Origin: a bacterium
GTDB taxonomy: Bacteria > Patescibacteriota > Dojkabacteria > SC72
Length of the DNA stretch: 64,000 bases
Reading direction: 5' to 3'
Assembly: GCA_021463465.1 (NCBI GenBank)
Contig: JAJTYH010000003.1
Span: 351,942 to 415,941 of the forward strand
Below the pieces are notes generated by a model. That model worked only from the letters and a program-made list of their open reading frames with translations. It ran no database searches and was not told the DNA's origin. This document shows positions 46,990 to 56,743 of this stretch, in pieces (position 1 is the first letter of the stretch; every line of letters starts with the position of its first letter). Made by a program: the position numbers and the translations under genes.

Positions 46990-48367
46990 TTATACGTTGA
47001 AATGCTTTGGTTTTTTCCACTACAGCTTTTACCTTGTTGATTTCTAAATTAGTATCTATCCAAAGCATATAAGAGTCTTTGAAAGTATTTGCGGCCAAAG
47101 CTTTTCGCAATGTGTCGATTGTTAAGTCTTTTACAAAAGTTCTAGCTTTTTCAAAGTGGTAAAGTTCAAAACCTCTGAGAATCGCTGTAGCTTTTGAGTC
47201 GGTATAGTCAGGGTCAAAAGCAGCGGTGTGAGGAAAGAGATAGTTGCTAATTTCATTTTCTAGCCAGCGGTGACCATCTTTACTCTCTAGGAACTCTTCG
47301 ACTTTAAAGTTAATTGAATCATCAATGCTATTAATAACTTTGCGTAAGTTTTTAAAGTCCGAGGTTACTTTAAACGCCTTCTCATCGTAAAACCACGTAG
47401 CGTTTGAATTAACATAGCTCACGCTTCCATAAATCAAACCTTTATTTTGTCTTAACTCCCGATTTACATAAAAGTTTATAATCCATCTTATGAAGTTGTT
47501 AACGATCTCATACGAGTAGTCATATTCAGGTCCTCTGATTTTCTCAAATCTTAATAAGTGAGTTGTGATCGCCTGGCTTTCGGTATTATGGAAGTAACCT
47601 GCTTGAACTTTCGTATTAATACTTTCGTCAAAAAGATGAGCTTTTTGATTATTATTTTTACTAAGAGATGAATCGATTGTTTTGATATATTTAATGGTTC
47701 TTGGACTGAGTTCGTTAGGAGATTGGATTGCAATAATAGTATTTTTAGGTGTGTAGGTGTTTGTGTAAAAGTCAATTAAGTTTTCTGTTGTAATTGCCTT
47801 TATGTTTGATTCTTTCTCACCCAAAATAGAAAAATTGGTGTTATATACTTCTCCATTACCAAGTGCGAAGCGTCGGAAAAGCAGATTTTGATTTTTTTCA
47901 GGCTTGAGATCTGTACCAAGTTCAGCTAATATTACTTTCCGTTGTTTTTCAACATTTGCTTCGAATTGATCCAATGGTTTGAATGATGTCTGGGAGAGAA
48001 CTTTTATTAAGTCTTCTTCTCTGTTTGCATGACAGTATCCCCAATATGAACAATACTTGAATGATGTTGATGCATTCATAACAAGTTCGGGGGTGTTTCT
48101 ACCTCCAAAAGAGTATCGTGTAAAGGCCTTTTCAGTCTTGAATAGCTTATTAGGGGGCGTAGAAATAGTATGTTCTAAAAAATGAGCAGTGCCATTCGGA
48201 ACATTAAATGCCTTTTCGAAGTATGTTCCCGCCATTAAAATTATTGATGCGTAAGAGTCCAATGATTGCTTGTTAAGGGTATGAAGAATTTGTAAGCCTG
48301 AATCCAATATGTAGTGTCGATTTCTAACGTTGTATCTGGTATCAAACCATTCATTTAGAAGTTTCAT
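46979..48367 (-). CDS. M16 (insulinase-family) Zn peptidase
   Basis: GTAHFLEH, NAST, VILAEL, ELRQNKGLIY. Confidence 0.85.
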   Translation of the reverse strand: MKLLNEWFDTRYNVRNRHYILDSGLQILHTLNKQSLDSYASIILMAGTYFEKAFNVPNGTAHFLEHTISTPPNKLFKTEKAFTRYSFGGRNTPELVMNASTSFKYCSYWGYCHANREEDLIKVLSQTSFKPLDQFEANVEKQRKVILAELGTDLKPEKNQNLLFRRFALGNGEVYNTNFSILGEKESNIKAITTENLIDFYTNTYTPKNTIIAIQSPNELSPRTIKYIKTIDSSLSKNNNQKAHLFDESINTKVQAGYFHNTESQAITTHLLRFEKIRGPEYDYSYEIVNNFIRWIINFYVNRELRQNKGLIYGSVSYVNSNATWFYDEKAFKVTSDFKNLRKVINSIDDSINFKVEEFLESKDGHRWLENEISNYLFPHTAAFDPDYTDSKATAILRGFELYHFEKARTFVKDLTIDTLRKALAANTFKDSYMLWIDTNLEINKVKAVVEKTKAFQRITKG

Positions 48368-48425
48368 CGGCCTATTTTATTAGATTTCTTGAAATAAAGC
48401 TATTTAAAGGTCTTTAATAGAGCTT

Positions 48426-48527
48426 TTAGTTGATTAGAAGGAAATCAATGTCATTAACAATAAATAAATTTATGATAGTGAAAGTTGCTATCTCAATGCC
48501 AATAAACCTCTTTAAGAAAGTTTTCAT
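48426..48527 (-). CDS. Possible 33-aa hydrophobic peptide
   Basis: MKTFLKRFIGIEIATFTIINLFIVNDIDFLLIN in a 240-nt gap, followed by an AT-rich hairpin at about 48395-48427. Confidence 0.25.
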   Translation of the reverse strand: MKTFLKRFIGIEIATFTIINLFIVNDIDFLLIN

Positions 48528-48608
48528 TACTCTGTAACTGCAACGCCAATCTCTTCTTCTTCAAGAATTGTGTTTGAAGAGTGATTGTAATGTACAACTA
48601 TCTTTGGG

Positions 48609-48923
48609 TTAAAAAATGCTCCACAAAGAAACTTCAAGATCAACTCTGTTTGGGGTCTTAAATTTTATCCCTTCTTGTTTTAATTTTTCTATCTTGGTTT
48701 TAATGCCTTCGCCTGCTGAGTAACCGTGCATACTTCCATCGCTTCCTACTACTCTGTGACAGGGTATAGATGTTATGTCTGGGTTTTGAGCCATAGCACT
48801 TCCAACTGCTCTGTACGCACCAGGACTGCCTGCCAATTTAGCAAGTAATTTATATGTTATTACTTTACCTTTCGGTATGTCTTTAGCAACAGCGTAAACC
48901 TTTTGAAAAAAATAGTTTTTCAT
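48609..48923 (-). CDS. Short O6-alkylguanine-DNA alkyltransferase (MGMT/Ogt C-terminal domain only)
   Basis: IPKG.V.TY, RAVG.A...NP, IPCHRVV (active Cys retained), L.QEG. Confidence 0.9.
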   Translation of the reverse strand: MKNYFFQKVYAVAKDIPKGKVITYKLLAKLAGSPGAYRAVGSAMAQNPDITSIPCHRVVGSDGSMHGYSAGEGIKTKIEKLKQEGIKFKTPNRVDLEVSLWSIF

Positions 48924-49477
48924 TTCTCAAGTCCCAAAAGCTTATTTAAGAGAAGATATCGGAGCTTTTCGCCCCAACTGTAACTTACAGTATAGCTCTT
49001 GAAGTGAATCCAGTACTCTTGGCAGAACTTTCCAATCACTAAAGGTACTAATATATACATTGAGTACACGTCAATTTTGAGACTGAACTTTTCAATTGTA
49101 AAATATATTAATGCTACATACTCTCCAAAATTTGGGAAAAAGAGATATGTTTTAGTTGTACGAAGTTTCAATGAAAGAAGATACCCTATTGTTCGCCATC
49201 CAAGTAGGAGTAGGTATACCTTGAAAATAGGGGTGTGGAAAAGTATTGGTATAAGAAAGACGTATTGAAGGTAATCAAGAGGTTTATCTATTTCGTGATA
49301 CTTTTTAAGTGGTAATTTACCAAAACTTAGTATAAACCAGTCAAGAATGTCAAAAAGTATGGAAATCAGCATCCCCTCGAAAGGACGGTACAGCATGTAT
49401 ATGTATCCAGACACACGTAGGATTACTACAACAACAACATATTTATTTGTCCAAAGTTTTCTGTTAATGCTCCTCAT
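48920..49477 (-). CDS. Hypothetical membrane protein
   Basis: Multi-TM; D..D...Y...DK..D pattern reminiscent of CDP-alcohol phosphotransferases; FFPN..E. Confidence 0.65.
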   Translation of the reverse strand: MRSINRKLWTNKYVVVVVILRVSGYIYMLYRPFEGMLISILFDILDWFILSFGKLPLKKYHEIDKPLDYLQYVFLIPILFHTPIFKVYLLLLGWRTIGYLLSLKLRTTKTYLFFPNFGEYVALIYFTIEKFSLKIDVYSMYILVPLVIGKFCQEYWIHFKSYTVSYSWGEKLRYLLLNKLLGLEK

Positions 49478-49517
49478 CGAACTAATTTTTCATCTATAAG
49501 AGACTGTTTACACAAGA

Positions 49518-50324
49518 TCAAATGTCTTTGCAAAGGTTTTGAATAAAGGTTTTTGAAATATGTTCCGATTTAAACAATGATTTCAAATTATTTTGCATGT
49601 TGACATCAAAGTATTGGAAAGGACATACCGCGAACTGATATTTGTCTGAAGTTTTTACAATAGGGTCATTTTTGTACTTGGGGTGAGTAACCAAATCGGT
49701 TTTTGGGGCTGTTGTGTTAATTACGCCCATGTCAAAACGCCCCCTTCCTGCTCGGTTGGTGTATCCAACCAGTTCACCTGCCTTCACACTTATTCGATCG
49801 ACTTTAATGCTCTTAGTATCATTTTGAGCCTTCGGGGGAAATGCGTTCATAATTTTATCAGGCACATTAATTATGTGATCTAACCAGTATCCAACTTCGC
49901 AACTTGCTTCAAAATGAAGAATGTATTGAACTTCTTCAACTGGATCCTCTCCCATGCGTTCTATGTAGTTCGCTCCGCTTACTAATGTAGAATCAACAGG
50001 TGCATACACTGGAGAACTTTTTTCTACCTCAATAAAAGCATGAGTTTTAATATCCTGGCCGCTCAGTATTCTAATCGGATTTTCAATGACAGTAATACTA
50101 CTGATATCAGTGGGATAGTGTGTAAATACTGGTGCTGGATTTGAAACGCATAAGGAATTAGGATTGTTTTGATTTGAAGGTGGTTGAAAGTTTGTTTCAA
50201 TGTCTTGAGATTGATTTGAAGTAATGATTACGCTATTTTTACCGTTATTTCTAAGGATTGTCGCAAAGGCTACAAAAACAATTAAAAGTAGGGCAACAAT
50301 AACAGCGGATTTAAACTTTCCCAT
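49518..50324 (-). CDS. Exported protein with M23-like barrel, Zn ligands not evident
   Basis: N-terminal TM; PVYAPVD, DHI, VKAGELVGYT, FDMGV. Start taken at ATG 50324. Confidence 0.6.
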   Translation of the reverse strand: MGKFKSAVIVALLLIVFVAFATILRNNGKNSVIITSNQSQDIETNFQPPSNQNNPNSLCVSNPAPVFTHYPTDISSITVIENPIRILSGQDIKTHAFIEVEKSSPVYAPVDSTLVSGANYIERMGEDPVEEVQYILHFEASCEVGYWLDHIINVPDKIMNAFPPKAQNDTKSIKVDRISVKAGELVGYTNRAGRGRFDMGVINTTAPKTDLVTHPKYKNDPIVKTSDKYQFAVCPFQYFDVNMQNNLKSLFKSEHISKTFIQNLCKDI

Positions 50325-50364
50325 GTTGAATAATTTACATGTAATGGGACAAGAGTTCAATGAC

Positions 50365-50484
50365 AAAAAATGGAGCCATTTAGCTTCTTAGGAATGGACG
50401 GGAGAGAGGGTTACCCCAAACTCCAGTACTCGCAGAACGCATCCTATGTTAACCTGCGAGGTTGCCCGCTAACTGACTCCATTT
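50365..50484 (-). ncRNA. Candidate ~118-nt structured RNA or riboswitch-like leader
   Basis: 17-bp closing stem (50368-50384 with 50468-50484) ending in U6; internal CTCGCAG/CTGCGAG stem; GGG-GTAA-CCC GNRA hairpin. Confidence 0.6.
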
Positions 50485-50487
50485 ATG

Positions 50488-50516
50488 ATGATACTCTCCA
50501 TATAGGGTAATGTCAA
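50488..50516 (-). promoter_or_regulatory. Sigma70 promoter for the 50365-50484 RNA
   Basis: TTGACA-17 nt-TATCAT. Confidence 0.7.
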
Positions 50517-50611
50517 CACTTTTACAAAGAATTATTTAACAGGGTATTATCTTGCCGTGATAAGGTTTGTGATATATTTATTTACTGCAGATAAAATAAA
50601 TACACAATATT

Positions 50612-51028
50612 TTGGGAGTGGAAATAAGTAAGATAGTTGAAAGAGATATTGAATCTACTGCTAAAGTAATGGTAGAAGCTTTTAATTTTGTTAATCAGGG
50701 ATGGACTGAAGAGGACGGTTTGAAAAATATTGAGATGATCTTGAATTATGATTATTCCATTAAAGCAACTGTTGAGGGAAAGATTGTTGGTTTTCTGGCT
50801 TCATATATTAAAGATGACCACTTGTACATTGATGAGATTGCAGTTTTACCTAAACATATGGGTAAAGGTATAGGTAAAGAACTGTGGAAAAACGCATTGG
50901 AATTTGCTAGAGAAATGAAATTGGATTACGTTAAGTTGATAGCAGATCCTAAATCAGATGCTTATAAATGGTATTCACAAATAGGTTTTAAGGAAACAGG
51001 ATGGGTTGAGATGAGTTTGGAAGCCTAA
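50612..51028 (+). CDS. GNAT acetyltransferase
   Basis: YIDEIAVLP...GKGIG..L; A..WY...GF. Confidence 0.9.
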   Translation: MGVEISKIVERDIESTAKVMVEAFNFVNQGWTEEDGLKNIEMILNYDYSIKATVEGKIVGFLASYIKDDHLYIDEIAVLPKHMGKGIGKELWKNALEFAREMKLDYVKLIADPKSDAYKWYSQIGFKETGWVEMSLEA

Positions 51029-51972
51029 TGTATGTTTCCTAGGATTTCAACTGCCAAAAATGTCAGATAGAGTAAGAGAAGTATGAAACCTTCTAATCTT
51101 GATATCGTGTTTTTTGTCCTTGCAAAATAGTAGAAAAGCAGGAGCCCAACAGTTAGAAACAGTAAACTAATGGAATAGTTATTGCTTAAAAGTATTGGTT
51201 TACCATAGTAGAAAGTTAAGGCTCCAAGCAAAAAAGTATTGAAGGCTGCTGAACCGACATAATCTCCGAAAGCAATTTGATGATTTCGCATAAATGCTGA
51301 TCTCACAACAAGCGAAAGCTCAGGTACATTAGTTCCTACGCTAATTAAGAGTAAGCTAATTAGAAATGGTGATATTTGTAAGAGATTTGAGAAGTAAAGA
51401 GTCTCTTCTACAACAAAGTGGCTCGCTGTAAATATAACGGCTATTCCAAATAGAATTTTCAAAAGTTCCTTTCCAGTTTTAATTCTATTCCTCTGTATAT
51501 TTTGAAATTTTTCAATCAAACCTTTTTTAGATTGGATGCATATTACAAGAAATCCAAAGAGAGCTAGAGAAATGAGGCTATCTTGGGCTGTAACAATCCC
51601 ATCCATGACCAGAATTACTGGTGAGGCAATAACTACAAGTGAAGCGGGTAAATTGAAACCTTGAAATTCGGGAGTTATTCGAATTGAGTTACCCACGAGT
51701 GCTAGCAAAGGAACTATTAGCATACAAAGGACAATAGATGCTCCTATAACGTTACCAACAAAAATTTCTGGATCGTTCTCTATAATAGAATTATATCCTA
51801 CTGAAAGTTCTGTGATAGAAGTAAAAAAACCCAAGACTAAAAAAGAAATGAGGAAAGAGGACACTTTGAGTGATTTAGCAATGTTTTCAACTGATTTAAC
51901 GGCAAGTCCCGATCCAATCCAAATTCCTACAAACGAAAATAGAAATATTGAGAGATGTATAATTAAGGGCAT
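51025..51972 (-). CDS. Second Ca2+/Na+ antiporter-family protein
   Basis: TSITEL...GNVIGA and GTNVPEL...GDYVGSA.FN repeats. Confidence 0.85.
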   Translation of the reverse strand: MPLIIHLSIFLFSFVGIWIGSGLAVKSVENIAKSLKVSSFLISFLVLGFFTSITELSVGYNSIIENDPEIFVGNVIGASIVLCMLIVPLLALVGNSIRITPEFQGFNLPASLVVIASPVILVMDGIVTAQDSLISLALFGFLVICIQSKKGLIEKFQNIQRNRIKTGKELLKILFGIAVIFTASHFVVEETLYFSNLLQISPFLISLLLISVGTNVPELSLVVRSAFMRNHQIAFGDYVGSAAFNTFLLGALTFYYGKPILLSNNYSISLLFLTVGLLLFYYFARTKNTISRLEGFILLLLYLTFLAVEILGNIH

Positions 51973-52061
51973 TTAACTCAAAAGTGTAATTTTAAAGTAA
52001 ACAATTCATTTAAGATACCTTTTTTGAGTAGAAATAATCAAGGCAATACAGGTTCAACCCG

Positions 52062-52391
52062 TCATCGGATAACCCTCGAAAGGTAGAGAACAATAATGGT
52101 TAAGGGGAAAATTGCAAAGATAAGGATTGTGGTCACAAAAAGAGTAAGTGCTTCTTCCTTTTTTCCGTCCAAATACAGTCTTAATGGTTGAAGACAAAAT
52201 ATGTATCCCATTACAGCCGCTGAAAGCGTGAAGAGGGATAGAAATAAGATTGGCATTAATAGGGAGGTCTCCAAAATTTCAATATTTGATATCGAATGAA
52301 TCACAATAACAATGATGATAATGTAACTTAGTGCTGCCAGCGCATTGTAGAAAGGATTTTTACTCACACCTAACTTTACTTTTGGTTTCAA
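52062..52391 (-). CDS. Small 3-TM hypothetical protein
   Basis: NPF.NA..A..YI...LF.LSAAVMGY.F..P..LYLDGKK.EA pattern. Confidence 0.7.
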   Translation of the reverse strand: MKPKVKLGVSKNPFYNALAALSYIIIIVIVIHSISNIEILETSLLMPILFLSLFTLSAAVMGYIFCLQPLRLYLDGKKEEALTLFVTTILIFAIFPLTIIVLYLSRVIR

Positions 52392-52522
52392 AGTAAGTCA
52401 AGGTAAGATTCTAATCAGACTTTGAACTACTTTTAGAATGAATTCGTCTGCTCTAGTTACAAATGAGTGGCTAAGAAAATTCAAAGAATAATTTGGCAAC
52501 TTAGTAAAAGAGATGAACTACC

Positions 52523-52642
52523 GGTCTTACACTAGATGAGTAAAAGTTAGACTATAACTTGATAAAGCCATTTAACATAATACTTAAATCAGAGGATAAT
52601 CATAACTTGCTCCGCAGAGGTAATTTTGCTCTAACTTGTTAA
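52523..52642 (+). pseudogene. Remnant of a large serine recombinase C-terminus ending in an att-like site
   Basis: Translates GLTLDE*KLDYNLIKPFNIILKSEDNHNLLRRGNFALTC*; CTCCGC at 52610-52615 equals the tRNA-Asn 3' end as read on the plus strand (54732-54737). Confidence 0.45.
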
Positions 52643-52818
52643 AGATATAAATGATAGCGATAGTTGATAAGCTTAGATGTATATTCAGATATTAAAATAC
52701 ATAAGTTTGTTACACGCTAAATAGTGAGTTTAATAACAGTCGAGGTACTTAGAATACAGCTCTGTATAGGATTGGGACTTAGTTGTATAATATAGGATAT
52801 AAAGTAAGGGCAATTACT

Positions 52819-53334
52819 ATGATTATTATAACTAATACAAGTACAGATCAAACCGTTGTTTTGGGAAAAGATAAAACTTTGGATACCCTTTTAATTATAT
52901 CACTGTTTGATATCTCTGAAGGTATTGATATAACAAGACTAGAAGATGGAGCAATTGACGCTGATTCTCTATTAAAACTTTGTGAAGCTGGTATTGTTAA
53001 ATCTGGTAGATTAAGTAATAAAATCTATTGTGAAGAGCCAGATTCTACAAGGTATTTCATTAACCCATTGATTGCTTACTTTCTACATCAAGAATTCTCT
53101 CCAGATAAAGAGTTTATTACTCGGGAATTAAGTGTAGAAGCAACTATGCATCCTCTAACTTTTTACAATGAAAGCTATAGGCAATTCTGGGAACTTGATG
53201 ACTTGAGATTACCAGAAATCCATAGCAGTGGAGTAGAAGAGTATAATAGTGGTATTGAAGCCGTGTCAGTGCAAATTAATGAGTACCTCAGAAAAAACCA
53301 AAGATTCCACATTGAAAGTATTGAGGAATATTAA
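52819..53334 (+). CDS. Hypothetical protein (AT-rich islet)
   Basis: ORF from ATG 52819 with AAGGG upstream; no motif recognised. Confidence 0.6.
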   Translation: MIIITNTSTDQTVVLGKDKTLDTLLIISLFDISEGIDITRLEDGAIDADSLLKLCEAGIVKSGRLSNKIYCEEPDSTRYFINPLIAYFLHQEFSPDKEFITRELSVEATMHPLTFYNESYRQFWELDDLRLPEIHSSGVEEYNSGIEAVSVQINEYLRKNQRFHIESIEEY

Positions 53335-53345
53335 CGTGAATTATT

Positions 53346-53924
53346 TTAGTCGACCTCAACCGTTTGAGGTGGAAAACTCTGGAGCATAATGCTTATATTA
53401 TCCTCATATTTACAAAGATCTTTAGCAGATTTATATAAAGCTATAGCAATTAGTTTTCTAGAAATTGAACTTTCAGTTTCCAAATTTTCCCATTGATAAC
53501 CCTCTGTTCCAATCAATGCTACAGACCCAAACTTAGGTGATCCTTTACCTGTATATTTTCTTACTTTAAAGCCAGGATCGAGTTGCATAAATGTATCGCC
53601 AGATTTCGCGAAGAATACCTGGAATGTTGCTTCGTCAGTACTTACTTCACACCAAAATTCTTCAAGTTCGGGAACATCATTGTGAGATCCTGTTACAAGT
53701 TTTGTTATTTTTGTACTGTAACGTTCTAGTTCTTGATTTTTAATTGCGGGATAAGTATCTTCAATATCTTTTCTTGATTTGATAATTCTTTGCGCCCAAT
53801 TCTTTAGAGTTTGGATTGTTAAAGCAAGCTCATGATTGAGTTCGCTTGTAAATATCTTTGCGGATTCGCCAGTAATTCCTAGATCTTCAAGTTTTAAATC
53901 TGTTTTTATAGGTTTCTTGTTCAC
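53346..53924 (-). CDS. Hypothetical protein (AT-rich islet)
   Basis: 192-aa ORF; no motif recognised. Confidence 0.6.
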   Translation of the reverse strand: MNKKPIKTDLKLEDLGITGESAKIFTSELNHELALTIQTLKNWAQRIIKSRKDIEDTYPAIKNQELERYSTKITKLVTGSHNDVPELEEFWCEVSTDEATFQVFFAKSGDTFMQLDPGFKVRKYTGKGSPKFGSVALIGTEGYQWENLETESSISRKLIAIALYKSAKDLCKYEDNISIMLQSFPPQTVEVD

Positions 53925-54252
53925 TTAAGTTTTACTAAAGTAATATCGACATTATAGCGGAGTACTACGGGATAGCAAGGTTTGAGATATACGTAAGTAG
54001 TTAGATTGTGGAAGAATCTCCTTACTTACAGAACTATACTCTTAGGTATTCAATTTACTTGATTAGTTAATGATAGTTTTATACATACGAGCATAAAGCC
54101 ACGAGTGTAAGGTTATGGAAGTTTTCATTACTAATTGAATCTCTAGAAAAGAAGATATCAGATAACCTCCCCGTATATGACATATTCCTGAACCTGAAGT
54201 TTAACTTCAACTTGGATATGTTCAAAATCAATAATCTGCTGAAACTAGAAAT

Positions 54253-54675
54253 TTAGACCTTAATTATTCGGTCTTCCGATGGAATTAACCCCTCAAGATA
54301 CTCCTTTACCTTTGGGAATAAGGTTGGCATATAGGTCGGCAATTCTTTAATGTCAACCCAAACTAGAGTATCAATGTCATTATTTTCACTTGATGCCGTT
54401 GTTTCTACCCCTGAAATCCTTTTGCAATGGAAGTATTCTATTTCTTTTAGTGTTTTAGGATGAACTCTCTCTCCAATCTTCTCAACAATAACAGTGTCTA
54501 GTCCAGATTCTTCTTTAATTTCTCTAATAACTGCATTTGTGCTTGTTTCTCCATCTTCTATTTTGCCACCAGGAAAAACATACTCAATTCCCCCAAATGC
54601 CTCCAACTGCTCCTTTTTCAGTTTACCAATTAGTATCTTATTGTTATCAGTTATTATTCCTAAAACGGTTTTCAT
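54253..54675 (-). CDS. NUDIX hydrolase
   Basis: FPGGKIEDGETSTNAVIREIKEESGL Nudix box. Confidence 0.92.
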   Translation of the reverse strand: MKTVLGIITDNNKILIGKLKKEQLEAFGGIEYVFPGGKIEDGETSTNAVIREIKEESGLDTVIVEKIGERVHPKTLKEIEYFHCKRISGVETTASSENNDIDTLVWVDIKELPTYMPTLFPKVKEYLEGLIPSEDRIIKV

Positions 54676-54731
54676 TTTTTTATTTGGTTATGTATTGGAA
54701 TTATTGTATCTCAATAAGAGGAAATTGACTC

Positions 54732-54803
54732 CTCCGCGACCAGGATTCGAACCTGGAACCAACCGGTTAACAGCCGGTCGCTCTACCGTTGAGCTATCGC
54801 GGA
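54732..54803 (-). tRNA. tRNA-Asn(GTT), CCA not encoded
   Basis: TCCGCGATAGCTCAACGGTAGAGCGACCGGCTGTTAACCGGTTGGTTCCAGGTTCGAATCCTGGTCGCGGAG; U1-A72. Confidence 0.97.
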
Positions 54804-54898
54804 ATATCAGCAATCATTATACTTATCGCCTCCCATTTACGCAATATTTACATATCTGGTAATATATATGTAGATTCTAATTTCAAATCAATATTCAA

Positions 54899-55359
54899 TT
54901 GAAAAAACTACTTTTAGCCTTGCTTATGTCCCTTCTTTTCCCTATGTTTGTGAATGCCCAAGAAGTTGGTGATAAACCAATACTTTTTGTCCGTAAAGGT
55001 TGTCCGCATTGTGCAAAAGTGGAAGCTTTTTTGGATAAATATAACTTGAGGGAAACTGTTGAATTTAAAGAAACATTTAATAACGAAGCCAATACAAAAG
55101 AGATGGGTGATTGGTTTACTAAATTAAATGTGACCGATCCTAATCAGCGCGGAGTTCCTTTTTGGTAGTTGATGACAAGACTTATTATGTTGGAGATATC
55201 CCTATTATCGAGTATTTGGCAGAAAAAAATAATATTGAAGTTGACGTTTCTGAATACCAATCTTCAATGGCAGATACTATCTTCCTTGTTGTAGGAGGTT
55301 TAGTACTTTTTGGAGTTGTTGGTTATGGATTATATTCCTCGTTCGCAAAGAAAAAATAA
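54899..55359 (+). pseudogene. Exported glutaredoxin-like protein with C-terminal TM, split by a 1-nt frameshift
   Basis: Signal peptide, GCPHC, then GVPF|(L)VVDDKTYYVGD.PII.YL. The break is in a T5 run at 55159-55163; T6 restores one ORF. Confidence 0.75.
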
Positions 55360-55376
55360 ATTTATTCTTTACTACG

Positions 55377-55958
55377 ATGAAGGTACAAACCTCCTTTAAC
55401 GGCATGGCTGTTTCAGAAGCCTTGCGTAATTATCTCGAAGAGAAACTTAATAGGCATGAGAGTATCTTAAATCATGCAACATCTATCTCTGGAGAATTTA
55501 ATGACCATGTTGCTTCCAGAGGCGTTAAAGCAGATTTCCGTTTGGATTTGAATGTTGTATTACCTAAGGCGGTTGTTAGGGTAGAGGAAGAGGGAGAGGA
55601 TATGTACAGTGTTGTTGATAAGGCGGTAGATACACTTATCAGAAGGGTAAAAAGATATAACGACAAGAAAGTTAATTGGGATGGAGTGACTCCTTGGAAA
55701 GACATCGAAGCAATGTCCGAGACGGAAGAAGTAGCTGAAGAAGCCATTGATAATTACATCAATTATGTTCCCAAGATTAAGCACAGAATCAAACTTGAGA
55801 ACATAGCACCAATGGGTGAAGCTGAAGCAATTGAGAGAATGGAGCTACAAGGTCAGGATCAAATCTTGTTTAAAAATGTTCAAACCGGTGAATTCTCAAT
55901 GATATACCGAAATGGCAGAGGTGAATACTGCCTTGTCATACCTAAAAATTCCGTTTAG
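55377..55958 (+). CDS. hpf: Long ribosome hibernation promoting factor
   Basis: SEALRNY.EEKL, DMYS.VD.AVD.L.R, PM..EA..RMEL...FKN......IYR..G.Y. Confidence 0.9.
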   Translation: MKVQTSFNGMAVSEALRNYLEEKLNRHESILNHATSISGEFNDHVASRGVKADFRLDLNVVLPKAVVRVEEEGEDMYSVVDKAVDTLIRRVKRYNDKKVNWDGVTPWKDIEAMSETEEVAEEAIDNYINYVPKIKHRIKLENIAPMGEAEAIERMELQGQDQILFKNVQTGEFSMIYRNGRGEYCLVIPKNSV

Positions 55959-56743
55959 TTGGATTTCAACTGGTTTGAAATCTCGGTATAAAGGTTTTTA
56001 ACTATGGTTGTGCTGGTTTTCAAGAAACCATACTTAGGTACATTTGCGACGTTGTTTTGAACCTTAGCAGCAGCTTCCAATTCGGCTAACCAACCTTCCT
56101 TGAGATCTTGGACACTTTTGTTTACATAATACTCAACAATTTCAGCCTTCTTGTCTTCAAACTTCACCTTTTCAGTACCGTATAACACATCCTTATATTG
56201 TTTAAAGAAATCCTCAAGCTCCTTGTCCGTGTAGGACACTCTCTTGGCAAGAACCTTCTCCATCAAAAGACCTATTTTAATCTGCTCTCTGACATCTTGC
56301 TCTGTAAAATTGTTGGCTTTTAGCGTGGCAAGTACTGCGTCTCGTCCTCCATTTTCATTGTAATAGTCGTTTAGACGTTTCTGTATATCATCTTCAGTAA
56401 CTGCGACGCCTTCTTTTGCGGCTCCTTGTGTTACGAGCTCTTCTTGTATCAAGCTTTTGGTAGTGCTAAGCCCGTAAGTCTTCTCAAGTCGATTGTAGAA
56501 GTCACCTCTGGTGATTCTTACACCATTAACAATAGCCACACTGTAGGAGTTATTTAGGTATTGCACAAGTAAATCAACAAGTGCAAATGAAAAAACAAGA
56601 ATTAAAGCCAGGACAATCGTCTTAACAACTTTGTCTGTATTGAATTTCTCTCTTAGCTTATTCAAATCAATCTTTGGAAGTGTTAACTTCTTAGGAATTG
56701 CAATTTTAGCAGGTGTAGCAACTTTCTTTTCGGTCTTAGCCAT
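55955..56743 (-). CDS. SurA-N/PrsA-like membrane-anchored chaperone without a PPIase domain
   Basis: TM, VAIVNG..IT, LI.E.L..Q.A.KEG..V, W...L...AKV. Confidence 0.8.
   Translation of the reverse strand: MAKTEKKVATPAKIAIPKKLTLPKIDLNKLREKFNTDKVVKTIVLALILVFSFALVDLLVQYLNNSYSVAIVNGVRITRGDFYNRLEKTYGLSTTKSLIQEELVTQGAAKEGVAVTEDDIQKRLNDYYNENGGRDAVLATLKANNFTEQDVREQIKIGLLMEKVLAKRVSYTDKELEDFFKQYKDVLYGTEKVKFEDKKAEIVEYYVNKSVQDLKEGWLAELEAAAKVQNNVANVPKYGFLKTSTTIVKNLYTEISNQLKSN

Noticed and set aside
54181-54220. Imperfect inverted repeat CATAT..TGAAGT-tta-ACTTCA..ATATG
   Set aside because: Weak, AT-rich, with no U-tail or promoter; at most a terminator-like element for the NUDIX gene.
54494-54862. 122-aa and 63-aa plus-strand ORFs
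   Set aside because: Antisense shadows of the NUDIX gene and tRNA-Asn.
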